A stretch of 63,818 bases of DNA, filler included, from Rhabdomonas costata (lineage: Eukaryota), in the NCBI GenBank assembly GCA_019059605.1. It is 31 parts of 31 records of this genome, joined end to end, with 100 filler letters (N's around TTAATTAATTAA, not from the genome) between each part and the next. Parts side by side here need not be neighbours in the genome. Positions count along the whole stretch, not along the records: positions 12,371 to 14,333 come from JAHMHO010006937.1; positions 14,434 to 16,396 come from JAHMHO010006938.1; positions 16,497 to 18,457 come from JAHMHO010006939.1; positions 18,558 to 20,520 come from JAHMHO010006940.1; positions 20,621 to 22,580 come from JAHMHO010006941.1; positions 22,681 to 24,642 come from JAHMHO010006942.1; positions 24,743 to 26,704 come from JAHMHO010006943.1; 24 more parts are not named here. The stretch is one strand, 5' to 3'. Position numbers and translations under genes: made by a program. This document shows positions 12,429-24,838 of the stretch, in pieces. The first letter of the stretch is position 1. Every line of letters begins with the position of its first letter. The notes below the pieces were generated by a model, which worked only from the letters and a program-made list of their open reading frames with translations, was not told the DNA's origin and did not search any database.

Positions 12429-14333
12429 TTACTCCTCGGGGATGCCCTCGCACAGCTCCACGGAAAGCCTGTAGCTCCCGCGGTGCAGCCCCATGCCAAC
12501 CTCACGTAGAGGAGTCACCCTACCCTTCATTATGCTCGTGCTGGCGAGGGGAGCGCAGGACCACCCGTGGGGTCGGGTCCAGCCCTCCTCCACCTCCAGC
12601 CCGTCCAGAAGCTCCAACACCTCCGCGGCGGCCTCTCCATCGGCGAAAGTCACCAGGCCCATGGCCTTGCTGATCGCCGTGAGCTGGTCCACCAGCACGC
12701 GCACACTGATAAGCTGTTGCGGAAAAATGGGAGGAGGCAATGCAAGCGGTGACTAACTGCTCCAGTGGGCCTTGTGGCTCCCTGGGCCAAATGGAAACAA
12801 GTGGACGGGACCAGGAGCGATTTTCTGGGCTATGCTGGAATTCGGAGTTTATGCAGAGGAGATTACTCATGAGAGGTGAAAGAGGTTATTCAGTGCTGGA
12901 GCAGAAATTTCGGCTTCCCACTTACCGCTCGCCTCGACGGGGCCCCCAAAGCAAAGGACGAGGATCGGCAGGCTGTGCCAAACAGCACCACTGAGCAACT
13001 CAGACAATCATGAAGAATGGTTGCGGCCACGAAGAAACTGGGTCTCTGCTGACATTCCTGCCAGATACTTGCAGAGACTTGGTTGCGGAGGTGAGAGAAA
13101 AGTAATGGAACCTCCAGCTTCTCCCAAAACCACACCCGAAGAGTAGCACATGGCTCGGTGGCAACAAAAGCGCCAGCCCACACCTGCTGCCAAAGCTTCG
13201 GGTCCGTCGAGTCGGGCCGCCGGTAGCTCTCGCACACCGCCAGCACAAGGTCCCGGAGCTGGCCATCCCTCCACCGCCGGGGAAGCCCACTCACCCTCAG
13301 CGTGACCTTCGCCGGGAGATGCACGGCGATGTAGTGGCGGTGCAAGATGGTCTTGTCAAAAACCTGAGCGTCATCCACCCAGTACCGCAGCTTGGACTGG
13401 TTCAAGCTGCGTGGTTATGGTAGAAGTCACCAGTCGGATGGACACCCCAATGAGCAAGAAGGCCGAAGTATGGTGCGGAAGGCCAGGATTTGTGGAACGA
13501 AAAACCAAGTAGTATGGGAAAATTAAAGGCATGGCATGGCACAAATGGGATAAAAGAGTGGCAATGATTGCCCTCGCAGGCTACAGGCTGGAGCGAGCTA
13601 CAAAAATGGTGCTCATAAAACCACTTGGAGCACTTTTACCCTTTCCTGCCGCACGGCTGCCTGCAAAGCCTCCCATTTGTTGCCACACTTAAGGGATAAG
13701 CATTGCATTAGGGGCAGGAAGGGATTTCCCGACCCGGACCGCCGACAGTCACACTTCCAAAAACCCTGCAGCAACCGAATCAACGCTTCAACGGCCAAGC
13801 CCAATCCTACCATCCTACCTAACTCAGCATAAAAGAAGAAAAAACGATGAAAGCGTTTTGTAGCAAGGGAAGGAGGGAGATTCAAAAGCCACAGCCAATC
13901 GCAAGCAAGACGGAGCTCAAGGTGAAACGTTGCTCGAGTATCCCGAACTGCACACGCCAGAAGAAAAGGCACAACCCAGAAAATGTCAACGGCTCCGCAC
14001 ATTAACGAGGCAAGGAAGGTGGACCTCGGAAAGAAAGACGGTTGTAGAAAAACGCACAAACGCCGAACACAGCATCGGCAGATGAGAATCGGTGGAGGAC
14101 CGGTGGGTAGAGGCGGACGGAATAGAACCTGTCGTAGAAGTCATGACTTTCTTCAGGGTGGGGGCTAGCTCCTGCAGGGTACTTCCAGTACCACTGCGTC
14201 GGGTCCGGGGTCTTCCAGCTGAACAGGTCACGTAGAGAGTTCCGCAGGCCCCGCCAGCCCCAGACTTGCCAGCTGAACAGCTCACTCTGGATCGACATCG
14301 TGATCCGAAGCCGCTCCAGAAGCCACCGCTTCT
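12429..14333 (-). CDS. RRM-containing protein, 3' part; exons 14333-14129, 13406-13184, 12713-12429 (stop)
   Basis: TLRVSGLP (RNP2-like) and VRVLVDQLTAISKAMGLVTFADGEAAAEVLELLDG (RNP1-like). Junctions are GT-AG and phase-consistent. Confidence 0.7.
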
Positions 14334-14433
14334 NNNNNNNNNNNNNNNNNNNNNNNNNNNNNNNNNNNNNNNNNNNNTTAATTAATTAANNNNNNNNNNN
14401 NNNNNNNNNNNNNNNNNNNNNNNNNNNNNNNNN

Positions 14434-15682
14434 TTGTGGGGGGGAGGAGAACATTGCGGAGTGCAAGTCTGGGCCAAAGCCCAGCGGGGCGGGGGAGGCC
14501 AGGGACCCCGCAGGCCCAGACCCCACAAACCGGGGCAGGTCCGCTGCCGCAGGAATGGTAGGCTTGCTCTGCGCCGAGCAAAAGGACGGAAAACCCGAGT
14601 GAAATGATGTATGGTCCGGGGTGAAGAGCATATGATTGACTGCATTGACCAGACTCTTCGGTTCTCTAAGGGGTAGCAGGGAGGAGGTTCACGCAAACAC
14701 ACCAAATTCCGTGCACGACGACGGCCACACACACACACACACACTCTCGATAACACACGCGGATGCCGCAAACGTGAAAAGAACGAACGAACGAACGAAC
14801 GAACGAACGAACGAACGAACGAACGAACGAACGAACGAACGAACGAACGAACGAAAGAAAGAAGAAAAAGAAATTCAAGCCCCAATAAAAACCCAAATCC
14901 CCAGCGACCCCGTAGGAGCTCTGGAGGAAGTCAGGTGCCACGGTGAAATCCCCGGGGGCAGAAGGTCCGCCGAATCCAACGGCACCCCCAACGGGAGTCA
15001 GGGAGGTCGCGGTGGAGAACTGCAGGGTGGCTGAAGTCAGGCCCTCCATCGGCAGCGAGGTCCCACCGGGCTCTTCGCTCCACTTTTGGGGCTGCAGGGC
15101 ACCTACATCCACTGGGAGAGAGGCAGAAATAGGAAACCCGAAGAGCAGAGATTAAGAAACCGAAGAGTAGACATCAAGAAGCACAGTAAAATAAGGTTTG
15201 TGGTGCAATAACGTGGACAGCAGCGCCAACATTGGCAACAGGAACCTGAAGAGTAAGTGACTCCATCTATATGGCCACGTGCACAAGTTGTCATTCAGCC
15301 ATTGCACCATTCATCAATCTGAAAAGAATCCTCAACAGGGTTACCGTCATGGTGGTCATGATGAAATGCACTCTGTTCACTCAGTTCTCAAGACTGCCGA
15401 GTAGTATCCTCCTCTGCGACATTGCAAGCCCTCTCCGCAGAAAGTCATCCCTTGCTAGCCCCCCGGAAAGAAAGCTACCACAAGAAAACTACGCAAAGAA
15501 CTCAGCGCGCCTTGAGTGTCGTAGGGTCCGTGGTAGTCCGCGGGAGGAGGAGAATCCATGTCCGGTGGCGGTCCCTCTTGCCCGTAGCCATAGCCGTAGT
15601 AACCCTCCTGCGTCTGGTCGGGATCCCCATACTCGCCGTACTCGCCCCCTTCAGGGTAGTATGGCTGGTTCTGCTGCGACAT
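14434..15682 (-). CDS. Low-complexity Pro/Gly/Tyr-rich protein, 5' part; exons 15682-15511(?), 15111-14909, 14568-14434
   Basis: Starts MSQQNQPYYPEGGEYGEYG. Exons show coding-like codon usage and join in phase. No family recognised. Confidence 0.6.
14781..14853. repeat. (GAAC)n microsatellite, intronic
   Basis: Seen directly. Confidence 0.97.
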
Positions 15683-16194
15683 TCTCTCTTGAGCTGACTG
15701 CTGCTCACGGGAGGAGGAGGGGGGGGGGATGGCGGTGCTAAACTTCAGTCACTCGATCAATATTCCCAAAAGTACGGAAAGAAAAGGTAATGTCCTGAAA
15801 GCAAAGTGAGACAAAATCAAATATCGAGCCTGCAACGATCAAGCCCAGCCTGGATCTCACATTTGGAGGCTATGTAGAGCCCAGTGACAGCAATGGCCCT
15901 CAAAAGACCAGCTCAGCTCAGAGCCACAGGGTTCGTTTCACCTCTCTGGACAGCTCCATGATGTCCCGTCCACATGGACAAGCGACCTGATTGCGCCCAA
16001 ACAGGACATGGATGGATCCCAATCGTCGGAATCGTGGCCGCATTTTTTGCTGGCTGGCACGCTCAAAAAAGAGTAGCGGCAAGAGAGCCCAACAACACAA
16101 AGCAAAAGTACAGGAGCCAAATGAAGCGGTTGGATAAAATGCCAAAAACAAGGGGGAGCCTATTCAAGTCTGCTGAAGCTGCTGCATGCCAAAC

Positions 16195-16195
<1 letters not shown>

Positions 16196-16225
<30 letters not shown>

Positions 16226-16227
16226 GC
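16196..16227. repeat. (CTG/CAG)n tract, possibly polyQ on the minus strand
   Basis: Seen directly. Coding status is uncertain. Confidence 0.85.
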
Positions 16228-16648
16228 ACCACCTGCGCGGGGGTCTGTGCGGGCCCCAGCTCAGTCCCAGCACCTCCCCCTGACCCTGAGGTCAGGGTGT
16301 CGCAGGACTCCCCCAGTCCACCGGTCTCCATCCCAAACACCAGCATCCCCTGCTCCTCTCCAGGGCTGCGCATCCCCAGCCCTTCCAGGGACACCANNNN
16401 NNNNNNNNNNNNNNNNNNNNNNNNNNNNNNNNNNNNNNNNTTAATTAATTAANNNNNNNNNNNNNNNNNNNNNNNNNNNNNNNNNNNNNNNNNNNNTGTT
16501 GTGTGTTGTTCCTGTTCCAAGGTCACCTGACTCTTTTTTTCTGTATTTGTGTGTGCGACTTTTCCCGTGAGTTGTGGCAGCAGAAAAGAAAGCACAGCAG
16601 CAGAGGAAGGAAAAGGGTTCCCCAGAAGCTGTGGAGCTCTCCTGAGAC

Positions 16649-16776
16649 ATGGCCCAGCATTCCGAGCCTGAGCTGCATGACAAGTCCGTGCTGGAATTCG
16701 CGACCTACGAGGATTACCTGGACCAGCACGTCTCCCCAGAGGACCTGTTCTACCTGGAAGAGCCTGACAATGCCAG
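16649..16776 (+). CDS. CFAP299: Cilia- and flagella-associated protein 299 (C4orf22/DUF4464), first exon only
   Basis: EFATYEDYLDQHVSPEDLFYLEEPDNAR matches the family N-terminal motif F.TYEDYLDS.....DL.YLED...AR and ends at AG|GTGC. Confidence 0.8.
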
Positions 16777-16963
16777 GTGCTTCTGGCAAAGGGAGAAGCC
16801 AGTGATTGCCTTTTTCCCTTTCAGATTTTAGAGAGTGAGGCAGCAGCGGTGCTCACAACTCGGCCGTTCTTTGCTCGGCGGTCCCCGTGTTCCTGGCCCA
16901 AGGCTGCAGCTGGCTGCAGGATGAGCAGAATGCTCCACCGCCAACAACCTCTCTCTCCCCTAC

Positions 16964-18030
16964 CTACAGGCGGGAAGCAACCTGGCAAGTTCCCATCGGA
17001 GAGGGGCCTCCCAAATTCATACCTCCGCCAGCGCGCGCGCGCTCGTCCCCTGGCGCCCTTACGCTCTGATTGCGGTGGCGGAAGATGCAGAACCTGAAGC
17101 TCTCGGGAATCAAAACAACGAATGGGCCAAGTACCTGTGCGCCACCACGCAGCCTCTTCTCTCTGTCAAGCCAAAAATACGAGCCGAAGAGGGGACTCTC
17201 TTTCCCCCGTAACTGGGAGAGCATCACCATCAAAGATCTGGCTCTACCGGGACCCGCGCCGCCACTCATTTCGTCATTCCCCACCCAGAAGGAGGGCAGG
17301 TTCGAGGGGGAGAATATATACTTCATGCCCATCGACAGCCCACTGGAAGCCATGGGTATCCCGCTCGACGCCATCGGCATCCCTTTCGAGGCCATGGAAA
17401 TCCCGCTCATCCCCATCATCGGTCTGGGGCATGCTTTGGCTGTGGGTTGGCACACGGGTCTCCACCCAGGTTTGGGTTTTGGGGGGTCAGAGTTTATGAG
17501 AAAAACGTGAACATTTTTTCACCTCGCGACAAGCTTTTTTCTGGAAAAGGCACTTCCGAATCCAATCGCAAAGATGGAAGGCTACTTACCACAACGTGAT
17601 GTTGAATACACACAGATAGTTGAAAATGCTTTGCGCTCTGCGCAAGGATTCGCCGGTATTTCAGCTGGGTTTTCTGATTGCGGTAACTTTCCTGAGAAGC
17701 AAAGCCTTGGCAAGCCAACTCAAACCTGAGAAGCCAATCGTTTCGGTGGGTCATTATCGACCACCCATTGAACCTCTCAACGTCACAACGGGTGCTTGCG
17801 TGCGCGGCGGGGCGAAGAAGAGGGGCAGGGAGTACCTTGTGAGGTCTGGAGACCACACTGTCCACCGCACCCTCGGTGGCAAAGGTCACCACGGCGAAGC
17901 CCCGGGGCCTCCCGGTGGTCTGATTCAGGGGCACGCTGCATTTCGCGACCACCCCGAATTGTTGAAAGTACTCCAGGAGCTGCTCGCGGCTGACGTCAGG
18001 GTGGAACCGCGGGATGAAGACCTGGTTCAT
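16964..18030 (-). CDS. RRM protein (Musashi/hnRNP-A-like RRM plus Met/Gly-rich tail); exons 18030-17836, 17775-17726, 17423-~16964
   Basis: VFIPRF...LLEYFQQFGVV...TGRPRGFAVVTF is a clear RRM. The later exons are inferred from phase-consistent GT-AG sites and are less certain. Confidence 0.75.
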
Positions 18031-18575
18031 AGTGCTCTGTTCGTGGAACCGACAGAGCCCGGAGGTAAAAAAACGACTATCAAAAAAATCCTAGCCGGAG
18101 GATGGAAGCCATATCAGCCACCAACCAAGCTGCTATTGCTAAAGGTTATGAGCTGTTGCACCACACCCCGCCCCGGGGGGATAATCGCTAGTACTGCTAA
18201 GCGTTTTGCGTGGCCCCGCCCTGAGCCCAGAGTACCAGGTGTCTCGAATAAAATATTACCACTTGGATTTGGGGGTTGCGATAGACCAGGTGCGGGACTG
18301 CTGCCATTTTGTCTGACAAGTTTAGGCCGAATCACTGGCTTGCACCCAAGAACGGTGACAAGCAAGTAAACAGTACAAGCGAGGAGCAGCCCTTGTAGCA
18401 GAATCGAGAACGCATAGTGTCCGCGAAACCCATGGATTAACTGCACCCCCACAAACCNNNNNNNNNNNNNNNNNNNNNNNNNNNNNNNNNNNNNNNNNNN
18501 NTTAATTAATTAANNNNNNNNNNNNNNNNNNNNNNNNNNNNNNNNNNNNNNNNNNNNCAATGAAACCAGAGTCAC

Positions 18576-20432
18576 CTGGCAAGAAGAGTGACCCGTGCAG
18601 ACTTATCTCCCACGACGGCATCGGCGACTTTGGCTACCGAGCCGTCCGCGCGCTTCCTCTCCTCAATCTTAACCTCCACCACCTTCACCAGCAAATGCAG
18701 CCCACGCTGCTCGGGCAAAAGGTCCTTGACCTGTCAAAAAAGTAGCGGACTGGAGGGACGGGGAAGCGTTGTCAGAACTGAACGAGCCTCTGGACATTGT
18801 TGAAGTTCTGCGTGTTCTTAAAAAAGCCGAAATTGGTCTTTGAATCATCTCTCCGGGTTTGGCCATCCAACTAACGAGTACCAACACCAATAAGGTGAAG
18901 TTTTGGTCCGAAATAAGTGGTGCCCCCACGATTTTTGGCGAGGGTTCGGAGGACCGCTGGGGCCACATAGGCCCACCTGGAAGGAACCCCAGAACAGCGA
19001 GAGAAAGAAGAGCACTGCCGTCTGGGTACCAGAGAGAAGGCGGGCTTGGGTGGAATCCTCCGGCTGCGGTCCTTCTCGGTGTTGACAGTGAAATCTGTTT
19101 TGAAGTCAGCAGGCAAGATATCCTTGCACTCGTCGATGCTCTTGATACCGGCCCAGGTGTCCACCTCGATCCAAGAAAGGTCACCACTTCGACGCAGTCC
19201 ACTGCAAAGCAAAACAGAAACACAAGTCAAAAAAAAACGATTGCGAAAAATATGCTGAACGATGAAAGTGTGCAAAAAGGATTTCACATAGCACGTCAAT
19301 TTGCAACATGTCACGTTACAGCTACAAGGACTTGCGCACGCACCGGTTTGCCCGGATTACAGAGTTCCAGGAGCTGCCCTGAAACAGTAGCAACTACCGA
19401 GTCCCATTTAAATGAATCTATTTTTGGAATGAAAAAGTACAAAAAACTATCCATCATACTGCGCTTGCTTCGCTTGGGTGCGAATTTCGCTTGAGTAAGA
19501 ATTTCTTGGGGGGTGAGCGGGGGGACAGTGCCAATTTGTACGACAGGTTTTTGCCTACTGCATTTATTTTGACTTCTGCGTCCAAGAGAGCACTCGGGCC
19601 GTTCAGGCCTTTGAGGAAGGTTCCCAGAGCGCAGCACTTCCGTGTTGCGGAGGGGAGTGGGGCCCTCGCAGGGAGGCACTGAGAAGGTGGGTCCGAGAGT
19701 TTCGGGTTTCCCACTGGACGGACCAATGACTGCGTAACCCTCGGATGTCTGGAGGCTGCGCGCGAAGACAGGACTTTCCCGAACCACCGTTCATCGGCTG
19801 TTGCGGCGCGCGCTTGGGCCCTTATCTTCGGCTTGCGCTTGGGCCTTTTGGGATTGCAGCTGTATTCCCCACACGTTCCTGTCTATTTCTGCATCCACCA
19901 CTTTCTGCAAAAACTCTCCCTCTCTCTTCGTATCTTTGCGTGAACCCCAGGTCCGGGACCAGAAATATTCTCCTACCGACGTGCTGCCGCACCACCTCAT
20001 ACCGCCCAAAAAATAGCGTAGTTTACGTGTGTTTTTCGAAAAATAGATTTCCTTTTTTAAATGGGACGGTTGCCCAACGCGTTGCGCTTGAATACGTTTT
20101 CTATATGCCCAGCCTAAGCTCAGCTACCACGGAAGGATAACATACACATTCAGAAGCACCACGGTGGCCCCCTCCTTGAGTTCAGTGGCCTTCTCTGGAA
20201 GCCGAGTGGACAGGGTGATGGAGCCAGTCTCGTCGCCAACAAACGCCTTGGAAAAAAATGTTGGTTCCTCTCATCTTTTATGCAAAAGCAAAGGGGTGAG
20301 AGTTCACTCAAAAGGTGAAGCTGGAAGCGGAACAAAAAAAATAGTGATTGCTACCTCAGTAACTTTAGTGCTAATGACGCGACCTCTGCTCCTCTTCTCG
20401 GTCCTGGTGGCCTCGGGAGTCACCTTCACTAC
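18576..20432 (-). CDS. Tandem OB-fold nucleic-acid-binding protein, partial; exons 20432-20355, 20246-20146, 19201-19030, 18730-18576
   Basis: Spliced product VVKV...VTEAFVGDETGSITL...LKEGATVVLLNV...IEVDTWAGI, then VKDLLPEQRGLHLLVKVV...VADAVVGDKSARVTL. These are two SSB/SOSS-B-type OB folds. Not shown in the ORF track. Confidence 0.85.
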
Positions 20433-20727
20433 CTGCAAACAATCAAACCACAACCTCTCCCAAAGATCAACTCAGGCACACACACACACACACACGCTTA
20501 AAAAAGAGAGAGAACAAAACNNNNNNNNNNNNNNNNNNNNNNNNNNNNNNNNNNNNNNNNNNNNTTAATTAATTAANNNNNNNNNNNNNNNNNNNNNNNN
20601 NNNNNNNNNNNNNNNNNNNNTTTTGTGGTGGCAATCTCTCTGTTTTTGTGTGTCAGAAGCTGATGCCTTTTATATTAATCCGATCACACATCGATTGCGA
20701 TGTGTTAATTTTCACTTCCCGATGTAG

Positions 20728-21908
20728 TGTACGATCCCGCGACGCCCGAGAAGCTGCAGACCCACCACGTGCTGAACTATGTGCTGATGGAATGCGTGCT
20801 GGGCACCACTTGCCGGGGGATACGGTACACTCTGGTGGCGCTGCTATGGTATCCATCCGTGGGGCTGCATCACGGGAAGGAGACAAGGCGGGGGTCTTTT
20901 TTTTCGGCGGGGCATGCCAAACGCCGTCAGAAAATAATGCATCTATCATGTTTCTCGTCTCGCCGCAAATATTTTTACATGGGCGCAACCGGACACTCGT
21001 TACCTTTGGCGAAAGCGCAGTGTTTGCTGTACCTTCTATTGAGTTTATTGTGAGAGTTCTCGTCATCGCACTCATTTCCCTCGCTCCATGCCCCTCATAC
21101 AGCATCGCCATTATTTTCATCCGTGTCACTTCTCTCCTTTGCTCCCAATTGATGAATACTGTGTCTTGATTGCTGCGGAGTTTTCCCGTTGCGTTGACGT
21201 TGTCCCGCCTCTCCACGCCAAAAAGGGGGCTGTGGGTACCCCTGCTGACTTCCTTGATGACCCAACTTGTTATCCACTGCTGGGCCGGCACGGTGGGGCC
21301 GGCCGAGTTTTTCATGTACCGCGCCGACCCCAGGTGCGTATGCGGGCGGGTGCCATTTTTCCCAAAGGTCGCGGCAGGTTTTCGCGATACTTGGGCACGG
21401 GGTGTTTTCATGGATACAATGCCGCGGGCTGGGCATGGCTCGCTTTCCATGCCACTGTCCAACGCTCGCGCATGGGAACCGGGCTCAACTAACAATGTGT
21501 GTCTTCTGGCAATCGCTCTGAAACCGTCAGGCCACAAGTTTGGATGCTGGGCTTTGACAGACAAGTGGGACAGCATCAGATTGGTGCGGAGGACCGTTTT
21601 TCTCATGGCAGGAGCTCCCACCTGAGGTGAGAACGCGGCTTTTGGGGGGCCAACTTTCGGGGCCAACGCGCTTCATCCATACACCGGCATAAAGAGCTCA
21701 CTACTGACTAATTTCCTTCCAATGTCAGGAGCACCTCAGCGCGTCTTTGACATGCGCTTTCTGCACCCCTTCCTTTTCCTTTAGGATTCTCGTGGCGGAC
21801 ATTGCCGTGGGCCTGCTGGAGTTCTCGCTTCTGGTGATTATGGTGCTTTGTGTGGCCTTCTGGAGGGACTGGTGCCGAAACAACCCGCGGGACTTTCCCG
21901 AGCTGCAG
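20728..21908 (+). CDS. Unknown multi-pass membrane protein, partial; exons 20728-20848, 21226-21333, 21785-21908
   Basis: Three GC3-rich hydrophobic exons with phase-consistent GT-AG junctions. Confidence 0.6.
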
Positions 21909-23162
21909 GTCCGAGGGGGGAGTCGAACAGACGTTTAGCTGATCGTCAGAGCAATGCTTCAAGATGTGGCTGTTTGATCTGCCGGTGGAAAACTCATGCT
22001 GTTCGTTCTTGGTAGATTGTGGATGAGGCTGAAGCTGGTCAGATTTCAGACAAATGCAAATGTCGCTGTGATGACACTGTCTCTCACGGTTGCTGCCTGT
22101 GACAATTCGACACCAGACAGATGCGACACACTTCTGCTTCTTTCAATTCTCCACAATTTTCCACATTTCATGCATGTCACCGCAAGGACGCACGCACAAA
22201 CTTGTATCTGTGTGGGGTCTTAATGCCCAGTGATGAGAAGCTCACCACCCTAGCGACTTTAGCACACTCCTACTTCCTCCTTCTCTCTGTATCTCTCGCT
22301 CTCTCTCTCTCTCTCTCTCGATTTTCCGCCTCCTCCTTCTTCTCCTCCGCCTCTCCCAAGGCCTTCTCAGAACCTCCAAACAATTCCGACTGAGCACAAT
22401 GCCGGCTCCTATAAACCACTTTGATGGCAGAGCAGGGTGAAGGCTTCGTCCCCGTTTTTCCAGATTGCCCCAAACCGATTCTTTTTTTTTTTTCGATTCT
22501 TGGCTCCTATAAGACTAGTGACCCAGTGACCCCTTCCGGTCCCAAGCGCGTTTTTTCCCGTCAAAAACCCACCCAACACANNNNNNNNNNNNNNNNNNNN
22601 NNNNNNNNNNNNNNNNNNNNNNNNTTAATTAATTAANNNNNNNNNNNNNNNNNNNNNNNNNNNNNNNNNNNNNNNNNNNNGGGGGTGGTGGGTAGTAGAA
22701 GGGATTACTGTTGAAGGCATTTACTATATAGCAGTAAGCATTACTTGATAGCGGTGTGGGTAGTCGGCCAGCAAGCGCCGCTGCATCTTACAAAGTCACC
22801 TGTTTCGAAACAACTGGGTCGAGTGGATTGAGTTCAGTTTGGGATCCCCCCCCCTATCATCTTCTTCTACGATCCTTATGTATGATCCCATGTTTCCATG
22901 ATGTGCTCCCTTCTTCTCATCTGACTTCTATTACAAGGATGCTTGACAAATATCGGCTCTTGTAGTGCATTACCTCATAAGCACTGTCTTTCGATGCACA
23001 CGTGAACGCAAACCGGTTTTATCGTACCGATTGTGTGCAAGAGGAGAAAGCAGATGTTTTGGTCTCACCACGACCAGCAAAGTTTGTCATTGTGGCAAGT
23101 TGGAGTGACTTGTTCCCGTCGTGTGGGGATCTGCTTGATCCGAACTGCTCAGAGTGCAGCAG

Positions 23163-24007
23163 GGGTGCTTTTCGTGAGCGCCCTGGTTCACGAGGTTGCG
23201 GTTGTGGTGCTGTTCCTGCGGTCTGCCCACCTGCGGGTCGCGCTGGGGCGGCCATGGCGGTACAGCCTGGGCTGCAAAGCCGCCATCGTGGCGCTGCAGG
23301 CCTCCGCCCTGTTTGGTGTCTGTGCGCATATATGCGTGTTACTGGCAGCAGGTCCCGGGGGGAATCCAACCCTGCGAGGCAGGGAAAAGTAGCTTGAGAC
23401 AGCACGAGGCGCCCAATGGGCCCATACGCCCCATCGAGAGGGTGAGGGAAGAGAATCGTGAGGCTTGCCGTCCCCGAATAAAAGTTATCCTCGCCAGGTG
23501 CACAAAGTTGTCTGTCTGTCTGTCCGTCTGTCTGTCTGTCTGTGTGTTATTCTTCGTTCCAGAGACAAAGGGTGGCTTCTTTTGAAAGAATTGGAGAATT
23601 ACTGGTATGGGGTAACCTGGGCGGCATGGCGTGTGGTAAAACACCCGATCCACACAAGCCAGGGCGGACTCGCCGCCTCCACCAAGGGACAGGGGGTTTC
23701 TAAATAAACGGAAAGTCTGAACCTGGAACCCACACGAAACTCAGGGTCGATGTTCTTCCACCCGGCCACCCCGGGGTCCACCGGGAAGGACTCCCCGAGG
23801 ATCTCCCACGAGCTCTTCCTGCTGGGCGCGGCGATGCAGTGGGCCTTTGTGCTTCTGCTGCTGGCCTTCTTCACCAGCTATGCCATCGAGCTGTACAAGC
23901 TGACCTGGGTGGTCTCTGGGCCCGTTCCGGGCGGTGCTCCTGGGGACGTGCGAAGCCTTGTGCCCGGACTCGTTCCAGAGGCTGACGTGGAGCTTCCAAC
24001 CCCATGA
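23163..24007 (+). CDS. Membrane protein, possibly Frag1/DRAM/Sfk1 family, 3' part; exons 23163-23315 and 23745-24007 (stop)
   Basis: Hydrophobic helices ending GAAMQWAFVLLLLAFFTSYAIEL resemble the last Frag1/DRAM helix. Confidence 0.55.
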
Positions 24008-24838
24008 GACCACCGTGTCCACTGTGTCGGCATTTTGTGCGTGTGCGTGCGTATGGATGGGGCGTTGCATTATTCATGTGATGTGCTTCCGCTGCGGAAC
24101 GTCATGCCATTAAGCGTGAGTCTGTGTCCGGGTTTCCTTTTTCTGTCCTTCGTTCTCTGCCTTGCTGCCCTTCTACCTTGTGGGAAGGGAGCGAGGCTTG
24201 ATCTTTCAACACAGCTTGGATTGCGACGGGGTTTTCGTGTGAATACGGGAGCACGTTCCCAAACTTATTTGGCGGTTTGCTTTGCCAGTGATTGTCTTTT
24301 TTGTCTCCACCTGCCCCCTGCTGAGGGCGGCCCAGGTATGGAACAACTGGGACAGGGGTCGCCTTCAATGCTCAGTGGAAAGGTATTGCACGGAATAATC
24401 CCATCAGACGCGTTTGGCGTTTGGGAGAATGCTCACATCTCTGCGGCCATCCAAGCGGTGTCGATTTTGCCCAGTGTGGAGTTGTTCGGAAAGGTCAGTG
24501 GGAAATTTCGTAAACTCGAGCTGTTGTTTAGATCTCTCTTTGCAGGCTCGGAGGTTATGATCTTTCGAAATGTGTCTCACTTAGCTAACTTTGTCCATCC
24601 TACCCACGAAGCGACAGCCGGACGCTCTTGCTCACACACAACNNNNNNNNNNNNNNNNNNNNNNNNNNNNNNNNNNNNNNNNNNNNTTAATTAATTAANN
24701 NNNNNNNNNNNNNNNNNNNNNNNNNNNNNNNNNNNNNNNNNNTGGTGGTTAGGGGGTGAAGGTGTTGTGGTGGTGTTTGGGGTAATTACAAGTTTAGGAT
24801 GACGGGTCTGGGACCCTCCCCATCACCCACAAGCCACA

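Noticed and set aside
19520-19800. RNase P/MRP RNA in the OB-fold gene intron (GGGAAAGTCC on the minus strand)
   Set aside because: No convincing complementary CR-V/P4 strand was found. An Infernal search would settle it.
20653-21666. 337-aa minus-strand ORF, and similar long ORFs at 41477-42421 and 43670-44461
   Set aside because: No motifs; they cross introns or lie opposite real or likely exons, as expected by chance in GC-rich DNA.
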